A DNA stretch of 64,000 bases, taken from an uncultured bacterium. GTDB lineage: Bacteria; Verrucomicrobiota; Verrucomicrobiia; Verrucomicrobiales; DEV007. Of the stretch, positions 18,595-27,274 are shown piece after piece. The position numbers and the translations under genes were made by a program. Below the pieces are notes generated by a model. That model was not told the origin of the DNA, did no database searches, and saw only the letters and a list, made by a program, of their open reading frames with translations. Each line of letters begins with the position of its first letter. Position 1 is the stretch's first letter. The stretch spans positions 1 to 64,000 of the forward strand of contig CAXBMO010000005.1 in the NCBI GenBank assembly GCA_963977015.1. The letters are read 5' to 3'.

Positions 18595-19410
18595 TTATTG
18601 GTAGGATGCGTAGTAGCGCCCCAAGGCAGTCAACGATCCATCCTGCCTCAGGAGCGCGGATGGGCCGAGGGCGGCGCTTTTTTCGCCGGCTGAAAACCAG
18701 GCATAACGCTCCACGAAATCCAATTTATCCAGCCTCGGCAAAGCGGCCTTCATGAATTGCTGGACCCGCCATGGTGTGTGCTTGTTCTCGGCGAGACTTT
18801 TGGCGTTCCAATCGGCCACCCCGAATTCCGTGATCCAGATTGGTTTTCCATAGAGCTGATGAACCTTTTTGAGATGGCTCACGAGGCTCTCGACATTGGG
18901 GCCGCCATACCAGTGGACGGTCACGAAATCGACCCGCAGGTTCTGCTGTCTCGCCTTGCGCATGAATTCCTGCATCCAGGGTCTGTCCGCATGCACGGCG
19001 GCGGGACTCCCTAGCCGAAGGTTGGTTTTCATAAGGTAAGGCCAAGCCTTCAGCGCGCGATCGACGGGCAAGTTGGCCTGCTTCTTACTGTCGGGTTCGT
19101 TGAAGCCGAGGAGGTGCCGGTGCCGATGGGGTTTTCCGGCGGCCAACTCACGGATGACGGTCTTGAAACCTTCATCGATGCCCCAAAAGCCATAGATCAT
19201 GGGGACGAATTCGACTCCGGCGGGTTCCGGCTCGGGAATCCTGGCGCCCCAGGAGTAATGCCAACTCACGTTCAGGGAATCGACCTTGGCTTTCCAGGTT
19301 TTCGTGTTCCCCTTCTTGGTTGTGATACAGACTCCCTTCTTCGATCCGGCGATGGCATCACACGGAAGTAGATAGAGAAGGGCGCAAATCAGGGTAATAA
19401 TCGCTCTCAT
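18595..19410 (-). CDS. Glycoside hydrolase family 128-like (putative beta-1,3-glucanase), secreted
   Basis: SWHYSWG, EFVPM, catalytic LGFNEPD and PIWITEF, and VERYAWF motifs; signal peptide from ATG 19410. Confidence 0.88.
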   Translation of the reverse strand: MRAIITLICALLYLLPCDAIAGSKKGVCITTKKGNTKTWKAKVDSLNVSWHYSWGARIPEPEPAGVEFVPMIYGFWGIDEGFKTVIRELAAGKPHRHRHLLGFNEPDSKKQANLPVDRALKAWPYLMKTNLRLGSPAAVHADRPWMQEFMRKARQQNLRVDFVTVHWYGGPNVESLVSHLKKVHQLYGKPIWITEFGVADWNAKSLAENKHTPWRVQQFMKAALPRLDKLDFVERYAWFSAGEKSAALGPSALLRQDGSLTALGRYYASYQ

Positions 19411-19475
19411 GAAAACCTTCCGAGATTGCCCTGTGCACCTTGGATCCTTGTTCCATCTGGATTCACGACGCCGCA

Positions 19476-21011
19476 TCAGTCCTTTTCCACGATGATTCGG
19501 ATCTGGTCGGTCCCCGGTGGCACTGCCCGCATACTCATCTGCACGGTGAAGCCATCCTCCAGGATCTCGACCGGGTCTTCACCAACCTCGAGCCCGCGGG
19601 CTATCGCCTCGTAAATCGCATCCGGTTGCACGCCCTTGACTCCCAGGCGCCGATCGGACCTCCCGAGCGTCGCGCCCGAGGTTTGAATCCCCAAAACTCG
19701 GCCATCAAAACGTATCGCCCCCCTGGAGGCCAACTTATCGGGCAGGGGGCTCAGGTGAACGAGGTAGGAGGTGACTTTGCTTCCTTTCCGCACCTTGCCC
19801 GATTTCCGTTCCGCTGCGATGTCGACCGAAACATCGCGCGCCAACGTGACCGCGAAACGTTCCCGAAATAGGAGAAGCTTACCGCTAAGCTCAGGCGTTA
19901 TTTCGCGCGGTGGCTTCTCCACGACCAATACTGAATCACTGTGCGACACCACGTCTCCGGTTCGATTCGGCGGAGTGGCGAAGAGATCCTGGCGGAACGG
20001 CATCGGCTCCATTTGACCTGTTTTCAGGTTCAAGCGGGAAGTCTGCCCCGCGACCAGCTCAAGTGGTGAAGCCTGCCCTGCCAATCCGGCCGTGACGCGC
20101 CCCTCGTAGACGTGAACCGCAGCATCGCCTTTGGTGTTGGCTGTGACGGCGAATTTGGTTCCCAGATCGATCACCTCTAACGCATTGGCATCGACCCAAA
20201 ATCCCTCCGCGGCCGGAGTAACCTCAGCAGCCAGGTGACCTGAGATCAACCTGAGGTGAACTCCGTCAATGATGGAAAAACGCGCGGGCCCTTCAATCGC
20301 AACCAACACTCCGTTCAGGTCGATCTCGACGCGTGCCGACTTGACTTCGTGCTCGCCGGAATACACGTCCGCTCCCACTTTCCAATCTGCGTCCTCCTGG
20401 GAAACTCGACGGACGCGGCCCAACAAAACTTCGTCCGCAACCGGATCCGACTTGGGCGTTTTGGGCTCCTCAATGTTCGTGACCACAGCCGTTCCTTCTT
20501 GGTCCTCATTCGAAGGCTCGGGATGCGCGGGCATCACTTTCGGCTCCTCCTTCTTCGGATCCGCATTTTCCACCAAATGAGCAGCGGGCTGAGACTCTGG
20601 AACCGGTGGCACAGGGGGTTCCGGCTCAACCGGCACGGAGTCAGGGTCTGAGACAGCCTCCGGAGTTTCCTCAACCAGATTCGGCACCGTCTTCGAATCG
20701 CGCCTGCTGACCACAAACCATAAGGTTGCCAAGCCAATCACGACCGCCGCCGCCACCGCGATGATTCCGTGCCATTGAGAACGGCTTGTGGGGAGTTTGG
20801 TCCGATGATTCGCACCGCCTTTGATTCCTCCCAAAGCTGCGGAATCCGAGATCGCCAATTCCAGTTCGCATCGCAGCAAATACCGTTGCCGAGCCTCCTC
20901 CGAACCGGCAAGCCACTTACGCAGTTCCGCCGCCTCATCCTCGCCCAGCTCTCCATCGGTCAACAGACGATCCATCAGCTCTTCAGCCCGGTTGTTTTTA
21001 GAATCGGTCAT
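19476..21011 (-). CDS. FecR-domain anti-sigma factor
   Basis: N-terminal anti-sigma helix (LRKWLAGSEEARQRY), single TM helix, Pro/Glu linker, IEGPARF and VIDLGTKFAV...VHVYEGRV motifs; ATGA overlap with the sigma gene. Confidence 0.9.
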   Translation of the reverse strand: MTDSKNNRAEELMDRLLTDGELGEDEAAELRKWLAGSEEARQRYLLRCELELAISDSAALGGIKGGANHRTKLPTSRSQWHGIIAVAAAVVIGLATLWFVVSRRDSKTVPNLVEETPEAVSDPDSVPVEPEPPVPPVPESQPAAHLVENADPKKEEPKVMPAHPEPSNEDQEGTAVVTNIEEPKTPKSDPVADEVLLGRVRRVSQEDADWKVGADVYSGEHEVKSARVEIDLNGVLVAIEGPARFSIIDGVHLRLISGHLAAEVTPAAEGFWVDANALEVIDLGTKFAVTANTKGDAAVHVYEGRVTAGLAGQASPLELVAGQTSRLNLKTGQMEPMPFRQDLFATPPNRTGDVVSHSDSVLVVEKPPREITPELSGKLLLFRERFAVTLARDVSVDIAAERKSGKVRKGSKVTSYLVHLSPLPDKLASRGAIRFDGRVLGIQTSGATLGRSDRRLGVKGVQPDAIYEAIARGLEVGEDPVEILEDGFTVQMSMRAVPPGTDQIRIIVEKD

Positions 21012-21556
21012 GACAAGTGGCCCTCCCGGAGGTCTTTGGAGTGCGCATTTTCGATGCAGTCCAACAATTGATCTTTCGTCTTCTTCAGCATTTTATGAAT
21101 GGCACGGCGACTTCGTTTCCACACTCCAGCCAACTCGACGATCTTGAACCCCTCCGCATAGAGATGACGGAGCAGGCTCGTCTGCCGTTCGCTGAGTTTC
21201 GCCAAACAGTCGTCCAGATGAGTCCGCACGGACTCAAGTGGCTTTTCCAGTTCGACATACGAATCCGCAATCGCGAAAAGTTCGTCATCTTCCAAAAAGA
21301 GCGGCACGCGTTTTTGCGACCGGCGCCATTCCAGAACGACGAACCGGGTAATGGCGAGGGCCCACGCTCCGAAGTTGCTTCCCTCCTCGTATTCATCGAA
21401 TTTCCGCCAAAGCCGGGCCGCCACGTCCTGCAAAATATCGTCCACGGCATCCCGATCCTGGGTCAACGCGTAGATGAGCCCTTGAATGCGTTTTTCGTGG
21501 GAAACAAAGAGTTTGGTGAAAGTTTCACCGCGCTCGAATGGCACCAATTCAGTCAT
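21008..21556 (-). CDS. ECF sigma-70 factor, Rhodopirellula/Verrucomicrobium type
   Basis: Region 2 DDILQDVAARLWRKFDEY...NFGAWA; region 4 CLAKLSERQTSLL. Confidence 0.93.
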   Translation of the reverse strand: MTELVPFERGETFTKLFVSHEKRIQGLIYALTQDRDAVDDILQDVAARLWRKFDEYEEGSNFGAWALAITRFVVLEWRRSQKRVPLFLEDDELFAIADSYVELEKPLESVRTHLDDCLAKLSERQTSLLRHLYAEGFKIVELAGVWKRSRRAIHKMLKKTKDQLLDCIENAHSKDLREGHLS

Positions 21557-21845
21557 TTGTCGTGACGGGTAATGGCCAAACTCGGGAGAAGTGGGAACCA
21601 GAAAGTTACTGCCAAAGCAATTACTTTGCCTCTCTAAAATCTTGATATTCCATCGAGAGAACGCGCAGTAAGCGCACGTTCCAACCCACTACGTTCCCAC
21701 ATTTGAGCGAACGAGACCGGCAATACCGCAAGAATCACCCTGCCCTCTTCCGACCCAACAGGAAGCGGGAATCAGGGAGATCCGCTCCGCTCACAGGTTT
21801 TGAGGAGCGAAAAACAGACGCAGGCAAGACGCCCAGATCCAGCAG

Positions 21846-23543
21846 CTACGCCGCCGTTGGCGTCGAACGTTGCGTTTTCTGATTCTCGCGAATCTTGACC
21901 AGCTTCTTCAGCATTCCGAACCAGAACGGCGCGCCGAGCGTCAACGCGAAAGCCGTAACGAGCCAGCCGAGCAACATTTGCAACAGCAACGACCATTTGA
22001 AGTACTGAGGAAGGAAATAACGACGACCGAGTTCCACCAATTCCGGATACTTTGACTTGGCATCGATCAAGAGAAACTCGATTTCCTTCTCCAGGCTTTC
22101 CGCGGAACGGTTGTCGTACTTTGGGTCTCGCCGGACACGCTCGATCGCTTCCTCTCCCAGCTCATAGCGCTCTGACTCCGAAAGCTTGTCCAAATAGGCA
22201 AGCTTCAACAACTTTTTGAAGCTCTCCCGCGTTTTCTCCTCATCCACACCGTTCTCAATCATTGCCCTCGACTCTTCCAACTGAGTTTCAGCATCGAAAA
22301 GCAACGATTCGACTCGGGCAATCTCGCCGCCGTTTCCATTCTCGCCCACCAACTCTACCAATTTCAAAAAATTCCCTGCCACTTGGCCCACCATTTGGGG
22401 ACTGGCCGAATCATAACTCTTGCTTTGTTTGCCGGCTTGAATGCGCTTCAGCCTCTCTTGAGCTTCCACTTTCTGAGCATAGATTTTTGACTTCTTTGCT
22501 TCGATGATCTCGGTAAATACCTCCAAGACAAGGGTCAGCTTTTCTCCCTGATTTTGATCCGTTTCAACCGCGGCGCCGAACCAGGTTTTGGTATTCCCAA
22601 TCCAACCCTTGAAGGCCTGGAGATCAGAGCCGTCCCAGCCAATTGGAATGTCGCTGGCGTGCAATCCCCCCAACAGGACCTCCACCTCCGACTGGATCGC
22701 CTCCCGCTGCTCGGCTTGGTCATAGACCGTGTAATAGCCCGATTCCAAAAACATGGGTTCAGTCGATGCCGCATCACTTGGCTGGGGACCGGGATTCTCT
22801 CCACTTTGCTGGCTGTTCCCGTAGATGGCCTGCCAGTTTTGCTGCTTTCTCGCACTGTTCGCAGCGACCTCGGCATACTCTTCGGCAAACTTCGTCATTG
22901 CGGGGAGCTTGACCTTCCCGTCATAGATCGTTTCCGCAATCCTGATCGAATCCGCGTTGAACGCAGCCGCGACAAAAATCGCGATGAAAAAGGTGATCCA
23001 CTTCACGTGCCCGGAATACCAATCCGAAACGTCTTCCATGGAGGAGTCGAACCATTGCTCCAGGTTTTGCTCGAAGCGGACATACGTCTGGGTCGCGTCA
23101 TCCACAGAATCTCCAACCTCACGTTTTGCCCGCTGATAGAGCGAGGCAATGTTTTCTCCAATCGGTGAACCATCGGTCAGCTTGATCAACTTTTCGATGT
23201 CATCGACTTCCTCATTAAATTCTGCTTTGACCTTGTCCGCCTTCTTCAAGCCCTGAATCAGCGCCGGAACGAACATCGACGTGTCAATCCAATTGGGCTT
23301 CTTTCCTTTCACTCCATCCGGGTCCACCGACGGTTTGATGAGCGGCGCGTCATACAGCAATTCGGTCACGTCGGTGCCGTCTTTCAGCTGTCCCAGCATG
23401 TTCTTCATCCCCTTTTCGAGCTTCTTCGCTCGCAGGGACATGAGCTGAGCGACATACCCGGTCACGGCGGTAACGATAAGACTCAGCAAGAGGTAAACCA
23501 ATGCCAGCCCTATCGCTATATCGATGATTGGAGAATTCAACAT
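21846..23543 (-). CDS. Uncharacterised membrane protein
   Basis: N-terminal IDIAIGLALVYLLLSL, central WFDSSMEDVSDWY plus a TM helix, C-terminal GWLVTAFALTLGAPFWFGML; start set to ATG 23543. Confidence 0.8.
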   Translation of the reverse strand: MLNSPIIDIAIGLALVYLLLSLIVTAVTGYVAQLMSLRAKKLEKGMKNMLGQLKDGTDVTELLYDAPLIKPSVDPDGVKGKKPNWIDTSMFVPALIQGLKKADKVKAEFNEEVDDIEKLIKLTDGSPIGENIASLYQRAKREVGDSVDDATQTYVRFEQNLEQWFDSSMEDVSDWYSGHVKWITFFIAIFVAAAFNADSIRIAETIYDGKVKLPAMTKFAEEYAEVAANSARKQQNWQAIYGNSQQSGENPGPQPSDAASTEPMFLESGYYTVYDQAEQREAIQSEVEVLLGGLHASDIPIGWDGSDLQAFKGWIGNTKTWFGAAVETDQNQGEKLTLVLEVFTEIIEAKKSKIYAQKVEAQERLKRIQAGKQSKSYDSASPQMVGQVAGNFLKLVELVGENGNGGEIARVESLLFDAETQLEESRAMIENGVDEEKTRESFKKLLKLAYLDKLSESERYELGEEAIERVRRDPKYDNRSAESLEKEIEFLLIDAKSKYPELVELGRRYFLPQYFKWSLLLQMLLGWLVTAFALTLGAPFWFGMLKKLVKIRENQKTQRSTPTAA

Positions 23544-23699
23544 AACGCTGGCGTAGCATGGTCGGAATAATGGCGTTAAAGCAAGGATAAAATCCTGAAA
23601 AGACGGCTGCTGATGGGCCTCGATTTTCGGGAGACCGTCCCATTTTTCAGCCGTTGCTTCCCCATTTGCGTTGACCAAAAGTCCCAGCTAGTCTCTGCC

Positions 23700-25961
23700 A
23701 TGAAATTTCAAACCCCGCTCGTTTTGCTCATGGCATTGCCGTTTGCCGCTTGGGCAGAGGAGGATGCCGAGGCCACTTTTGGACATTCCGTTCACGGTGA
23801 AGTTTTTAACGAAGGCCCTCGTCAGGCCGCCGTCCTGATTCCGGGAACCGGAGATGTTCATTTTCCCATCTCTACGAAAGTTGCCGAAACTCAGCAATTC
23901 TTCGACCAGGGAGTGGGACAGCTTCACGGCTTCTGGGACTTTGAAGCCGAACGATCCTTCCGTCAGGCGTCAGCTCTCGATCCCGAGTGCGCCATGCCTT
24001 ACTGGGGCATGGCCATGGCGAACTTTGACAACGCGAAGCGCGCCCGGGAATTCGTCGCCAAAGCGGGTCAACGGATCAAGAACGCCGATGAGCGCGAGAC
24101 GTTGTGGATCCAGGCGATCGCCAAATACTACGAAAACCTGAAAATCGACGAGAAGAAGCGGCGCCGCGATCTGGTTCGGGCGCAGGAAAACATCGTGCTG
24201 AAGTATCCTGACGATGTCGAAGCCAAGGCATTTTTGATGAAGCAAATCTACAAGAACTCGGGCAAGGGCTTGCCGGTCGCGAGTCATTTGGCCGTGAATC
24301 TGCTTCTCGACGAGATTTTCCGGCTCGCCCCCAATCACCCGGCCCACCACTATCGGATTCATCACTGGGATCGGGAAAACGCCGCGCGGGCGTTGGAATC
24401 AGCAGCCAAGCTGGGCCCCGCCGCGCCCGGAATCGCCCACATGTGGCACATGCCCGGCCACATCTACTCCAAGCTGCATCGCTACGACGACGCGATCTGG
24501 CAGCAGGAAGCTTCCGCCCGCGTCGACCACGCCCACATGATGCGCTTTCGCATGACGCCCGACCGGATCGGAAATTTTGCCCACAACAATGAATGGTTGA
24601 TTCGGAACTTTAACCATCTTGGTCAGGTTCAGCGTGCGGTGGATCTCGCGACCAACATGATCGAATTGCCCCGGCTGCCAAAACTCAAAGACGAAGTCTA
24701 CGATCATGGCGGCGGAAGCTGGAATCTTGGCCGTCAGCGTCTCCGCGACACGTTGCTGCGCTACGAGGAGTGGGATCGCCTGCTCGAATTTGGCGACTCG
24801 GCGTATCTTCAGCCCGGTTCCAACACCATCAACGACTCCGAATGGCATCGCTTCATGGGAATCGCAGCCTTCGAAAGCGGAAATTTGGACCGCGGGGAAA
24901 CGTTGCTTGCCGCGGTCGATGCCAGCCTCACCAAACTCAGGGAAGAGCAGACCGAAGCCGTCAAGAAGGCCGAAATCAAGAATGAGGAAACGCCCGAGAA
25001 GGATCGAAAGAAAGCGATCGAAGCCGCCAAGAAGACCTTCAAAACCAAGATCGACGGATGGGAGAAAGCTCAGAAGGAGCTTCAGGCTTATCAATTGATC
25101 ACCGCCCCATCTCCAGATTTAGCCGCCGCTGAGAAGGCGCTCGACGAGCTCAAATCCATGGGAAAAAGCCGCAAAGCCCGCTGGTTCGCCAAACTCGGAA
25201 AGTTCGAAAAGGCTCTGAAGCTGGCAAACGAAGATGTATCCGCTTCCAAGAATCAGGTTTATCCCCTCGCGATTCAATCCTGGGTTGCCTGGCTGGCAGA
25301 CAAACCCAAGGAGGCCGAAGCCGCGTTTGAAAAACTGCGCGTGGTTGGCCACACCGCAGACCAAAATCACCCGGTTTTTGCACGAATCTCTCCGATCGCC
25401 AAGGCGATGGGGGTGGACGGCGATTGGCGCCTTCCCCAAGAACCGGCTCCCGACCTCGGCGAACGCCCGCCGCTTGATTCCCTCGGTCCCTTCCGTTGGA
25501 AACCTTCCAGTGCTCCCGAGTGGACGCTCTTGAACTCTGAAGACAAGCCCATCTCGTTGGCTGATTATTCCGGTAAACCCGTCATCCTCATCTTCTTTCT
25601 GGGCCGGGGCTGCACGCATTGCATGGAGCAACTCAACCAGTTCACACCATTCCAGGCAACCTTTGCCGAGGCCGGTATCGACCTTCTCGCAATCAGCACG
25701 GATACGCCGGAAGGGCTCCGCCAAATGTTCACCGAGAACGGCGAGAACCCGTTTCCATTCCCACTCGTTTCCGACGCAGACCTACAAACCTTCAAGAGCT
25801 ATCGCGCCCACGACGATTTTGAAGATCAGCCACTTCACGGCACGTTTCTCATCGATGAAATCGGTCGAATCCGCTGGCAGGAAATCAGTTTCGAGCCCTT
25901 CACGCACCCCGAATTTCTCCTCGAAGAAAGCAAGCGACTCTTGAGCTACCCTGATACCTAA
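23700..25961 (+). CDS. Exported His-rich TPR protein fused to an AhpC/TSA (redoxin) domain
   Basis: Signal peptide; FFDQGVGQLHGFW, HPAHHYRIH and HMWHMPGHIY motifs; C-terminal APEWTL...ISLADYSGKPVILIFF...GCTHC. Confidence 0.85.
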   Translation: MKFQTPLVLLMALPFAAWAEEDAEATFGHSVHGEVFNEGPRQAAVLIPGTGDVHFPISTKVAETQQFFDQGVGQLHGFWDFEAERSFRQASALDPECAMPYWGMAMANFDNAKRAREFVAKAGQRIKNADERETLWIQAIAKYYENLKIDEKKRRRDLVRAQENIVLKYPDDVEAKAFLMKQIYKNSGKGLPVASHLAVNLLLDEIFRLAPNHPAHHYRIHHWDRENAARALESAAKLGPAAPGIAHMWHMPGHIYSKLHRYDDAIWQQEASARVDHAHMMRFRMTPDRIGNFAHNNEWLIRNFNHLGQVQRAVDLATNMIELPRLPKLKDEVYDHGGGSWNLGRQRLRDTLLRYEEWDRLLEFGDSAYLQPGSNTINDSEWHRFMGIAAFESGNLDRGETLLAAVDASLTKLREEQTEAVKKAEIKNEETPEKDRKKAIEAAKKTFKTKIDGWEKAQKELQAYQLITAPSPDLAAAEKALDELKSMGKSRKARWFAKLGKFEKALKLANEDVSASKNQVYPLAIQSWVAWLADKPKEAEAAFEKLRVVGHTADQNHPVFARISPIAKAMGVDGDWRLPQEPAPDLGERPPLDSLGPFRWKPSSAPEWTLLNSEDKPISLADYSGKPVILIFFLGRGCTHCMEQLNQFTPFQATFAEAGIDLLAISTDTPEGLRQMFTENGENPFPFPLVSDADLQTFKSYRAHDDFEDQPLHGTFLIDEIGRIRWQEISFEPFTHPEFLLEESKRLLSYPDT

Positions 25962-25964
25962 GCT

Positions 25965-27059
25965 CTACTCTTTTCGGGTAACCACATCGCTGATGTTGGG
26001 CTCCCAAGGCATGGTCGCCACGTTCTCCAAGCCACCTTCGCCGACGAGACGATAGACATTGAGACTTGCGCCCTTAAACGCTGTCACCACGAGGAATTTC
26101 CCTTCCGGCGACAACGCGAAGCCCCACGGAATGGGATCCGTTGGAGTCAGCCCCAGCAATTCGACTTGGCCATCGCTCTTGATGCGGTAGCGCGAAATCC
26201 GGTCAAAATCACGTTTGTGGCCCCGAATTCCGGCGAAGAGATATTTTCCATCGGGCGTGATGACGATGTCCGAGGAACTCACTCCTTCCTTTGACTCATC
26301 CGGCCCCACCGCATCGCAAATCTGAACCATCTCCAACTGCCCTGACTTCAGCTTTCGGTAAACCGAGACACCCAGATTTTGCTCATTGCTGAAGTAGACG
26401 AAGGGAAGAGTCGGATGATAAGCCATATGCCGCGGCCCCGAGCCTTCAGGAGGGTTCGCATTCTTGGGTTCGAGCGCAGTCAGGGCACCGCTCTCTGGAT
26501 CAAACTGATACTGAAAGAGTGCGTTGGTGTCTTTGACATATGGGATGTAGACAAAGGAATTATCAATCGAAGGCAGCACACAATGCGCGTTCTTCCTTCC
26601 TTCATCCAAAAAGGCAACCCGCTTGGCCGGGACTCCGTCAGCATCAAGTTCATAGACGTCAACCTGCCCGCCACCGTAAGCACAGCCCAGAAGGAAATGA
26701 TTCGCCCGATCCAAGCTCAGGTAGGAATAGCCATGATTGAAATTCACTGTCGTGATTCGATCCTCGCCTTCTCGATCCAAGTGAATGACCGCTCCGGGTG
26801 CCTGCCCCGGCTTTCCGGATGGAACCGATACGTAAACCAGCGGTTTCTCCGGATGCGAAACGATGGTCGAACCGGCAAAGCCAAGATCGAGTTTCTCAAC
26901 TACCTCCAACGTTAGCCCGTTTGCATTGGATTTGGCCTCTACGATCCACAATTGGCTGGTGGTTCGGCTTGCCGAATAGATGCGGAACGAATCTTCAGCC
27001 ATCGCAGTAGCCAAGCCAGCAAGGGTGAGAAACGTGAAAAGTAATCGGAGGGGATTCAT
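25965..27059 (-). CDS. Lactonase family (Pgl/cycloisomerase 7-bladed propeller), secreted
   Basis: NAHCVL, GSGPRHMAYHP, DIVITPDGKYLF and PWGFALSPEG motifs; signal peptide. Confidence 0.9.
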   Translation of the reverse strand: MNPLRLLFTFLTLAGLATAMAEDSFRIYSASRTTSQLWIVEAKSNANGLTLEVVEKLDLGFAGSTIVSHPEKPLVYVSVPSGKPGQAPGAVIHLDREGEDRITTVNFNHGYSYLSLDRANHFLLGCAYGGGQVDVYELDADGVPAKRVAFLDEGRKNAHCVLPSIDNSFVYIPYVKDTNALFQYQFDPESGALTALEPKNANPPEGSGPRHMAYHPTLPFVYFSNEQNLGVSVYRKLKSGQLEMVQICDAVGPDESKEGVSSSDIVITPDGKYLFAGIRGHKRDFDRISRYRIKSDGQVELLGLTPTDPIPWGFALSPEGKFLVVTAFKGASLNVYRLVGEGGLENVATMPWEPNISDVVTRKE

Positions 27060-27117
27060 GCTCCACCATTTGGCTCAGTTTCGCGCTTCCACAAGTCGCT
27101 TCAGCCCAATTTTCGGG

Positions 27118-27207
27118 AAGTCTGATGGACGAAAAGGAACCATGGATCTCCAACTCTTTTCACCGGATGATCAAGAATATGTCCAACAATTTGCGAACTC
27201 CCAGTAA
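27118..27207 (+). pseudogene. Possible 3' remnant of an SHD1-like domain gene
   Basis: Translates KSDGRKGTMDLQLFSPDDQEYVQQFANSQ*, which resembles KNGRTYTIPVNKLSPPDQQFVAKW in the 38301 protein. Confidence 0.4.
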
Positions 27208-27274
27208 ACCAATTTTTGGTTGGCTTGGGTAGACAAAGGAAAAGACTCGGCTCTCCTTCCTGGTCGCAAAGCGT

